Source of the DNA: an uncultured Pelagibacteraceae bacterium
Lineage (GTDB): Bacteria > Pseudomonadota > Alphaproteobacteria > Pelagibacterales > Pelagibacteraceae
Direction of reading: 5' to 3'
Length of the DNA: 64,000 bases
Assembly: GCA_902518395.1 (NCBI GenBank)
Contig: CABYFX010000001.1
Location: 4,709 to 68,708, forward strand
The translations under genes and the position numbers were made by a program. Every line of letters begins with the position of its first letter. Position 1 is the first letter of the stretch. Positions 57,514-64,000 of this stretch are shown piece after piece. The notes below the pieces were generated by a model. It was not told the DNA's origin. It saw only the letters and a list, made by a program, of their open reading frames with translations, and searched no databases.

Positions 57514-58552
57514 CAGATTTCATTGATTTCATAACTATTGCTCTATCAATTTCACCTATCAATTTTCCTGTTTGTGTATCTACTACAGGAAATTTCTGAT
57601 CTGTATCAACTAGTTTGTCTATCAATGTCTCAATTTTAGAGTCGTGTGGAATATTATTAGATCCATTTTCAAACAATTTTTTTGTATCGTCACAACATTC
57701 CTCTCTCATTACTTTACTAGCACTTAAAACTTTATATTTTGGGACATCTTCACAAAAATCTTTCACATATTGATCCTTAGGATTTGCAACAATTTCCTCA
57801 GGGGTACCAACTTGTGAAACCTCTCCATCTTTCATAATTGCAATATGGTCTCCCATCTTTATTGCTTCTAAAAAATCGTGCGTTATAAAAACCATTGTCT
57901 TTTGAAGTTTTTCTTGAATTTTTAACAATTCATCCTGCATTTCTCTTCTAATTAGCGGGTCAAGTGCTGAAAAGGGTTCATCAAAAATTAAAATTTCTGG
58001 ATCAACCGCGAGAGCCCTGGCTAGTCCAACTCTTTGTTGCATTCCACCAGAGAGTTCTCTTGGATAATTATTATGCCAACCTTCCAAGCCGACCATTTTT
58101 AAAACTTCCATTGATTTTTCTATTCGATCATTTTTTTTGTTACCTCTAATCTCTAATCCATAACCAATATTTTCAACTACTGTTCTATGTGGAAATAATC
58201 CAAAGTGTTGAAATACCATACTCATTTTATTTCTTCTTAAATCTAAAAGGTCTCTGCTATTCATTTTTGTTACATCAACGTCATCCATTTTAACTGTACC
58301 AGATGTTGGTTCAATTAATCTTGAAATACATCTAACTAAAGTTGACTTTCCACTACCAGATAAACCCATCACTACAAATGTCTCACCTTTCTCAATTGAA
58401 AAGCTAACATCCTTAACAGCAACAACATGTCCTGTTTTTTCTTGGACTTCTTTTATTGATAAATTTTTATCTAAATTTTTAATAATTCTTTTTTCGTCTG
58501 GACCAAATAATTTCCAAACATTAGTACAAGTTATTTTTGCTTGATTGCTCAT
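57506..58552 (-). CDS. proV: Glycine betaine/proline-type ABC ATPase (ProV/OpuAA)
   Basis: [25 protein letters not shown] and [12 protein letters not shown] motifs; CBS-like tail. Confidence 0.9.
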   Translation of the reverse strand: MSNQAKITCTNVWKLFGPDEKRIIKNLDKNLSIKEVQEKTGHVVAVKDVSFSIEKGETFVVMGLSGSGKSTLVRCISRLIEPTSGTVKMDDVDVTKMNSRDLLDLRRNKMSMVFQHFGLFPHRTVVENIGYGLEIRGNKKNDRIEKSMEVLKMVGLEGWHNNYPRELSGGMQQRVGLARALAVDPEILIFDEPFSALDPLIRREMQDELLKIQEKLQKTMVFITHDFLEAIKMGDHIAIMKDGEVSQVGTPEEIVANPKDQYVKDFCEDVPKYKVLSASKVMREECCDDTKKLFENGSNNIPHDSKIETLIDKLVDTDQKFPVVDTQTGKLIGEIDRAIVMKSMKSAN

Positions 58553-58578
58553 TTTTTGTTATATTAATAACATAAAAA

Positions 58579-58607
58579 TAGACAATATTTTTCTTTAAAA
58601 GTAAAAT
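58579..58607 (+). promoter_or_regulatory. Putative sigma70 promoter of the fused permease
   Basis: TAGACA (58579-58584), 17-nt spacer, TAAAAT (58602-58607). Confidence 0.35.
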
Positions 58608-58632
58608 TATTTATTTTAAATTTCAAATAATT

Positions 58633-60750
58633 ATGTCCTCTGAAGTATCAAGTTTCCAAGGTAAATCACTTTCATCTAAAAATATAATTACATATTCTTT
58701 AGTCTTATTAACTTTTTTAGTTGCCTTATGGTTATCTTTTCAAAGCGAGGGTCCTTCAAAAATGCCAAAAGTCGTAACTGATCAATTCACATTTACAGCA
58801 TGGGTTAATGAGGGTGAAGATTACTTAAAGAAAAATTATAGATGGATTACAAAAATAATAGCCAGTTACATTAAAAATATTTATTATTTTGTTGAAGACT
58901 TTCTTCTCGACTCACCATGGCTTTTAATTGCAGCGTTAGTATTTTTACCCTGCTTAATTGCAGGTGGCTTAAGATTGGGTCTGTATTCTTTATTCGTTAT
59001 TTATTTTTGGGGGGCTACTGGTATGTGGGAACCATCTCTACAAACCGTTGCATTGATGGGTTTATCTGTACTAATGTGTGTAGTTGTGGGTGTAACTTTA
59101 GGCGTTATGTGCTCTCAAAGTGATCGATTTGAAAATTTCATGAAACCAATTTTAGATACAATGCAAGTTATGCCAGCTTTTGTTTATCTTTTTCCTGCTC
59201 TATTCTTTTTTGGAATTGGAGGAGCACCCGCAATATTAGCTACTATGATCTATTCTATGCCTCCAATAATAAGATTAACAAATACCGGAATTAGACAAGT
59301 TTCGGCAGAAACAATAGAATCCGCAACTTCATTTGGCTCAAGCAAATTACAACTTTTGTTTAAAATTAAAATTCCACTTTCATTACCAAGTATAATGATG
59401 GGAATTAACCAAGTTATAATGATGGCATTAGCACTTGTTGTTCTTGCATGCTTTATTGGAGCTGAAGGAATTGGTGGTCAAGTGTGGCAAGCAATTAGAA
59501 GACTTGATGTTGGATGGGCAATGGAAGGAGGTCTTTGTATTCTTTTTATGGCAATAATGTTTGACAGATTTAGTATGTCTTTCAGTAAAACAAAACAATC
59601 TCTACCTTCTAATGTTCAAAAATTTTATTTACTCCCTCAATCTTGGGAAAAATTTTTAATTTGTAGACTTATAGAAAAACCTTTAGAATTTTTAAGTGGA
59701 TTAACTAATTTTGTCTGTGTTAATCTAACAAGATCAATTGCTTATATATTTGAATTTTGTATTTCATTATCAAATAAAAATACTGCAAGAGATATAGGTG
59801 AGGCTATAACAAAAAGATATTATATCATACCTTCATTTTTATTAATTCTGGCTATTTCCTTCATTGACTCTTACATAATTAGTATAGGATCTTTTCCTGA
59901 AGAATGGAGATTGTCAATTAGGCAACCAATTTCCAATGCAGTGGACTCTTTAACAGTAAATCCTGGCTTTATAGCTTTTACTAAAGCTCTTAGAGGTTTT
60001 GTTTATCTTAAACTTTTACGCCCACTCGATATATTTTTAACTCATGTACCATGGTGGTACACATTAGGTGTATTCTCTGCGATTGGTTATTTCACTGTTG
60101 GTATAAGATTTGCAATCATCACTGCTATGTTATTACTATTTATTGGTGCTTGTGGGATATGGCCTCAATCAATGATAACACTCTCATCTGTTTTGGTGTC
60201 TGTAGCTTTATGTTTTATAATTGGAGTTCCTCTTGGAATAATAGCTTCTTATAATGAGAGATTTAGAAATGTTCAAAATGTAGTTTTGGATGCTATGCAG
60301 ACATTGCCTTACTTCTGTTATTTAATTCCTGTATTGATGTTTTTCGGTGGTGGAGTTGTTTCGGCTATATTAGCAACAGTTATATACTCCATACCACCTA
60401 TAATTAGATTAACTTCTTTAGGCTTAACTCAAGTATCTGGAACCTACTCAGAGGTTTCACGTTCATTTGGTGGTACTTTATTGCAAACTTTAAACAAAAT
60501 TAAATTCCCATTAGCAATACCAAGTTTAGTGATTGGATTTAATCAAACAGTAATTATGGCTTTTGCTATGCAAATTGTTACACCTTTAATTGGAGGAAAG
60601 GGACTAGGTTTAGAAGTATTTAACGGATTAGCCAGGTCAGATACTGGTAGAGGTTTGGCAGCGGGTATAGGGATTGTACTATTAGCAATAATTATAGATA
60701 GAATATCGCTTGCTTGGACAAAAAAACAAAGAGAAGCCTTGGGTTTATAA
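58633..60750 (+). CDS. proW: ProW/OpuAB-type ABC permease with two fused permease domains
   Basis: Two copies of LD.MQ..P.F.YL.P..YS.PPIIRLT..SFG. Confidence 0.88.
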   Translation: MSSEVSSFQGKSLSSKNIITYSLVLLTFLVALWLSFQSEGPSKMPKVVTDQFTFTAWVNEGEDYLKKNYRWITKIIASYIKNIYYFVEDFLLDSPWLLIAALVFLPCLIAGGLRLGLYSLFVIYFWGATGMWEPSLQTVALMGLSVLMCVVVGVTLGVMCSQSDRFENFMKPILDTMQVMPAFVYLFPALFFFGIGGAPAILATMIYSMPPIIRLTNTGIRQVSAETIESATSFGSSKLQLLFKIKIPLSLPSIMMGINQVIMMALALVVLACFIGAEGIGGQVWQAIRRLDVGWAMEGGLCILFMAIMFDRFSMSFSKTKQSLPSNVQKFYLLPQSWEKFLICRLIEKPLEFLSGLTNFVCVNLTRSIAYIFEFCISLSNKNTARDIGEAITKRYYIIPSFLLILAISFIDSYIISIGSFPEEWRLSIRQPISNAVDSLTVNPGFIAFTKALRGFVYLKLLRPLDIFLTHVPWWYTLGVFSAIGYFTVGIRFAIITAMLLLFIGACGIWPQSMITLSSVLVSVALCFIIGVPLGIIASYNERFRNVQNVVLDAMQTLPYFCYLIPVLMFFGGGVVSAILATVIYSIPPIIRLTSLGLTQVSGTYSEVSRSFGGTLLQTLNKIKFPLAIPSLVIGFNQTVIMAFAMQIVTPLIGGKGLGLEVFNGLARSDTGRGLAAGIGIVLLAIIIDRISLAWTKKQREALGL

Positions 60751-60778
60751 AATCAAGCAAAAGATACATTTTTCTCAG

Positions 60779-60808
60779 TTTACAAACGACTACTTTTTGT
60801 TTTAAAAT
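60779..60808 (+). promoter_or_regulatory. Putative internal promoter of the SBP gene
   Basis: TTTACA (60779-60784), 18-nt spacer, TAAAAT (60803-60808); SD GAGGA upstream of ATG 60841. Confidence 0.35.
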
Positions 60809-60840
60809 ATGTCTTTAATTAATTAAATGAGAGGAAATAA

Positions 60841-61851
60841 ATGAGATTATCAAAAACAATATCAGCTCTATTTTTATCTTTCGTAATTTTATTTGCTAGT
60901 CTTACTCAGGCAAATGCAAAAAGATTACACGCTGCTATTGCAGACTGGACAGGTGGAATTATTACTTGTGAAGTTGCAGTAGGAATTCTTGAAAGAGAAA
61001 TGGGCTACAAAGTTAAACAAACAGTATTCCCATCAGGAACTGGATTATGGGAAGCAATTGCTGCTGGTGAACTTGATTTTGCTTGCGAAAGCTGGCCGAG
61101 TTATGCAGAAGCAGATGACGTGATGTTTAACGAAGATTTAATTTATGATGGCAAAGTTGTAAAATCATATAAGGGAGATGGAACAGTTGATCTTTTAGGA
61201 ACAACTGGAATTATCGGTATGTCTGATTATTGGATCCCAAGATATGCAGCTGAAAAATTTGGAATTAAATCTTGGAGAGATTTAAACAAACATAAAAAAG
61301 AGTTTGCTACTATTGAAACAGGCGGTAAAGGAAGATTAATTGGATGTCCTGTAGCTGGTTGGAACTGTCATGACCAAAAAAGATTAGATCTTTTAGGAAT
61401 TGATTTTCAAGCAGATGAGCTAGGAACAGAGGCTGCTGCTGTTGCAGAAGCTAAAGCTGCTTACATGAGAAAAGAGCCATTCTTATTATACCTATGGTCA
61501 CCACACTGGTTCTTTGGTGAGTTTGACATGGTAGGAGTAGGTCTTCCTGACTACGCAACTTGTGCAGGAGATACATTTACTGAAGCAAACAACTGGAAGA
61601 CTTGTGGTACTGATGGATGGCCAGCAACTGGTTGGGATAAAGATTACACTATGAACTATGGAAATCCTGATACATTTGCAAAACCAGAACATGCTAAAGC
61701 AAAAGCTTTTTTTGAAAGAATGAAATTAGACAACTTAGATCAAGCTAAGATGCTTGTTGAGGTTGACATCAAAAAAAGAGATGTAAAAGAAGTTGTAAAT
61801 GAATGGTTAGACAACAATCCAGATAAGTGGAAAAGTTGGTTACCTAACTAA
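60841..61851 (+). CDS. proX: ProX/OpuAC-family quaternary-amine substrate-binding protein
   Basis: Signal peptide; DW, E.WP, GCP.GW.C and W.PHW aromatic-cage motifs. Confidence 0.88.
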   Translation: MRLSKTISALFLSFVILFASLTQANAKRLHAAIADWTGGIITCEVAVGILEREMGYKVKQTVFPSGTGLWEAIAAGELDFACESWPSYAEADDVMFNEDLIYDGKVVKSYKGDGTVDLLGTTGIIGMSDYWIPRYAAEKFGIKSWRDLNKHKKEFATIETGGKGRLIGCPVAGWNCHDQKRLDLLGIDFQADELGTEAAAVAEAKAAYMRKEPFLLYLWSPHWFFGEFDMVGVGLPDYATCAGDTFTEANNWKTCGTDGWPATGWDKDYTMNYGNPDTFAKPEHAKAKAFFERMKLDNLDQAKMLVEVDIKKRDVKEVVNEWLDNNPDKWKSWLPN

Positions 61852-61874
61852 AAATTAAACTTTAAAAAATAATT

Positions 61875-61907
61875 AAGGGCTTTGTGAAAACAGAGCCCTT
61901 TTTTTTT
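61875..61907 (+). terminator. Intrinsic terminator after the SBP gene
   Basis: AAGGGCTTTG-tgaaaa-CAGAGCCCTT stem (one G-U pair) followed by a T-run. Confidence 0.8.
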
Positions 61908-61909
61908 AC

Positions 61910-62548
61910 ATGCATATAATTCATCGAGGAATTGTAAATAAAAATTACAAAGAAAACTGTCTAAAGTCGTTTAAAGCATCATTTAAAAGAAAATATGGAA
62001 TTGAAACTGATATTCACGCAACTAAGGATAATAAATTTGTATGCTTTCATGATTTTACTTTAAAAAGAATTTTTAAAATTAATAAGAGTATTAAAAATAT
62101 TAACTATAAAGATTTAAAAAAAATTAAGTACAAAAAATTTAAAATACCTCTTTTAAAAGATGTTTTAGAGGTATCAAAAAACAAATTTCCCGTATTTATA
62201 GAGATAAAACCATTACTAAATAAAAAACTCTTATCTAAGTTAATCAGTGAGACTAAGAAATTTAAAGAATGTATTTTTATCTCCTTTAAGCATGAAAATA
62301 TTCATAATCTTTTAAAAATTAATTCAAAAGTAAAATCTGGTTTATCGTTTTCCAATAAACACAGTGTTAAGTCGATTTTAAAATATGGGTTAAATAAAAA
62401 AATAAAATATCTAATATTAGACAAAAAGTTTTTAGATAATAAGAAAGTACAGTTGATAAGTAAGGAAAAATATTACTACACAATAAAAACTAGAAAAGAA
62501 TTTTTAAAATATAATAAAAACAATAGTCTTATATTTGAAAATTTATGA
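61910..62548 (+). CDS. Glycerophosphodiester phosphodiesterase family protein (short, very Lys-rich)
   Basis: HRG, EN...F, IETDIH.TKD...VCFHD and IEIK motifs. Confidence 0.82.
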   Translation: MHIIHRGIVNKNYKENCLKSFKASFKRKYGIETDIHATKDNKFVCFHDFTLKRIFKINKSIKNINYKDLKKIKYKKFKIPLLKDVLEVSKNKFPVFIEIKPLLNKKLLSKLISETKKFKECIFISFKHENIHNLLKINSKVKSGLSFSNKHSVKSILKYGLNKKIKYLILDKKFLDNKKVQLISKEKYYYTIKTRKEFLKYNKNNSLIFENL

Positions 62549-63676
62549 TTTATATTGCTTAAGATATTCCAATCTGCCAATTATCTCATCTCTATCAAGG
62601 TAGTAGCCTTGAAGATGACGATGACCTGAATTTGGATCAAAAGCTGTTCTGCCATGCAAAACACGTCTATTATTAAAAGAAAATATATCTCCTGGCCCTA
62701 GTCTAAATTTTATCTGAAACTTATCATCATGCAAAAGATTACCAAATCTGTGGTGAGCTTTATAAACTTTTTCCATTTGATCTGGATGGCAATCTAGAGC
62801 ATCCATAGTTGCAACACTAAATCTAATATCATGAAAATCTTTATCTTTCGTTAAACTAATTGCTGGGGCATGAAAGCTTCGGTGAGATTCTTGAGTATAA
62901 TCTTTATCTCTAAACTTTAGAGGTACAGAGATTAGTGTTTCAAAAATATCTTTTTCATTTTGTCTCAAATATTCAGCAACAGCAAAGCCATCAATTGCAG
63001 AAGAGTCTCCACCCTTTGCATCATTTACTAAACAATGTAAAAACTGATAACCAGGTGGTAATTCAAACCAAGGTAAGTCCATATGGTTTCTCAAAGCATG
63101 TGCTGTGTAAGCAGAATTATTTGGTTTTGGAATATTGATTACTTCAAAGGGGGTTTTAAAAAATGTTTCCCTTACATGACTTATTCTATGAAGAATTTCA
63201 AAACCTGATTTTTTTTCTGTTGGTGAATTTTTTACTATTGCTATACCTTTGTGATGCAATAGCTCTAACCATTTTATTAATCCTTCATCTGAATCGATCA
63301 CTTCATCATGATCAATACATATTGATTCAAAATCGTTTTCTAATTTATTATCCCAGAGTTGATATGGTGAAACATATTCTTGTTTATTCTTAATGGTATA
63401 ACAATTTTCTCTCAACCACTTAGGATCATAATAACTTGTGTGGTCACCCTCGCTCCACTCTATTTCTAATTTGCCATCTCCATTTAAGGAATATTTTTTG
63501 GGATTTATTTCTTTGGATACCTCTAGGATATTAAACATTCTATGTCTTGAGTCTTTATCATGTGCTGTAGGACAATTATCTCTTAACCACATGTAATTAA
63601 ATTTACTTTCTTCACCATCGTTCCAAGTAACTTGTAAATAAGTGCTATTTTTTGTGATTTTAGAAATCAAATTCAT
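62543..63676 (-). CDS. Gamma-butyrobetaine dioxygenase-like Fe(II)/2-oxoglutarate enzyme (TauD/TfdA family with N-terminal Zn domain)
   Basis: WLRDNC, W..G..S.Y...WL, AYT..L..HMD and NRRVLHGR.AF..R.LQG.Y motifs. Confidence 0.88.
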   Translation of the reverse strand: MNLISKITKNSTYLQVTWNDGEESKFNYMWLRDNCPTAHDKDSRHRMFNILEVSKEINPKKYSLNGDGKLEIEWSEGDHTSYYDPKWLRENCYTIKNKQEYVSPYQLWDNKLENDFESICIDHDEVIDSDEGLIKWLELLHHKGIAIVKNSPTEKKSGFEILHRISHVRETFFKTPFEVINIPKPNNSAYTAHALRNHMDLPWFELPPGYQFLHCLVNDAKGGDSSAIDGFAVAEYLRQNEKDIFETLISVPLKFRDKDYTQESHRSFHAPAISLTKDKDFHDIRFSVATMDALDCHPDQMEKVYKAHHRFGNLLHDDKFQIKFRLGPGDIFSFNNRRVLHGRTAFDPNSGHRHLQGYYLDRDEIIGRLEYLKQYKS

Positions 63677-63791
63677 AATAAATAATTATATAAAATCAAA
63701 AAAAATTTCAATTCAATTAATAGTTGAATTTAAAAAAGTTGTTTTATTGTTGATTTGCTTTGATGTACTAAAAGAACTACAATTTATATAA

Positions 63792-64000
63792 ATGTCTAAA
63801 ATCGAAATCAATAACGTATACAAAATTTTTGGTCCAAAACCCGAAAGCGTTCTTAAGATGGTACAAGAAGGGGCTACAAAAGAGGATGTTCTTGAAAAGA
63901 CTGGACATACCGTTGGATTAGATAATGTATCCCTTAAAATTGAAGAAGGAGAAACATTTGTTTGCATGGGTTTATCTGGGTCAGGAAAATCTACATTAAT
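63792..64000 (+). CDS. proV: Second ProV/OpuAA-type ABC ATPase (3' end outside the window; missing from the ORF track)
   Basis: Translates as [51 protein letters not shown]. Confidence 0.88.
   Translation, partial: MSKIEINNVYKIFGPKPESVLKMVQEGATKEDVLEKTGHTVGLDNVSLKIEEGETFVCMGLSGSGKSTL

Noticed and set aside
2302-63393. Many short antisense or alternate-frame ORFs in the track (e.g. 2302-2628, 10155-10601, 15944-16303, 24365-24703, 39501-39812, 51510-51821)
   Set aside because: They lie within well-supported genes, have no motifs, and look like shadow ORFs.
63713-63967. 84-aa minus-strand ORF
   Set aside because: It is the antisense shadow of the proV-like ATPase starting at 63792 on the plus strand.
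1-64000. tRNA, rRNA, CRISPR arrays, IS elements, integrases, prophage or defence systems
   Set aside because: No GC-rich structured stretches, spaced repeats, transposase/integrase motifs or nuclease genes are visible, and nearly all sequence is accounted for by metabolic CDSs.

Overview
A very AT-rich, tightly packed bacterial segment of about 60 genes. Intergenic gaps are tiny, many start/stop codons overlap, and few genes have a Shine-Dalgarno site. Gene content and style point to SAR11/Pelagibacterales (inference). Most of the window serves scavenging of methylated-amine, osmolyte and organosulfur compounds. (1) 1-9.5 kb: two different glxBCD (N-methylglutamate synthase-like) sets around a divergent Amt transporter, followed by glnT/gmaS. 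(2) 9.5-26 kb: diaminopropionate ammonia-lyase, photolyase, housekeeping genes (yjbQ, zapE, bamB, yfgM, acnA, csaA), argE, an aldehyde dehydrogenase, an agmatinase-family enzyme, fadN and bioY. (3) 26-39 kb: a Dpp-type ABC importer facing a co-directional run of GcvT-family demethylase, S51 peptidase, FMN alpha-hydroxy-acid dehydrogenase, ThDP enzyme, non-canonical transthyretin-like protein, DmdA-like demethylase and thiolase. (4) 39-46 kb: a PotABCD-type importer with EutA/EutD-like genes. (5) 46-57.5 kb: two convergent operons, each with a homocysteine S-methyltransferase, an amide hydrolase, a dehydrogenase and a DMT transporter. (6) 57.5-64 kb: ProVWX-type betaine importers, a GDPD and a gamma-butyrobetaine dioxygenase-like enzyme. 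I saw no rRNA, tRNA, CRISPR, mobile element or transcription factor. The best candidates for undescribed systems are the Fe-S-type second glxBCD with its orphan partner, the 26-39 kb demethylase/ThDP/transthyretin-like cluster, a possible dispersed pathway from a cyclic amidine via diaminopropionate to pyruvate, and the His-substituted methyltransferase pair. All function calls come from motif recognition by eye, without database searches.
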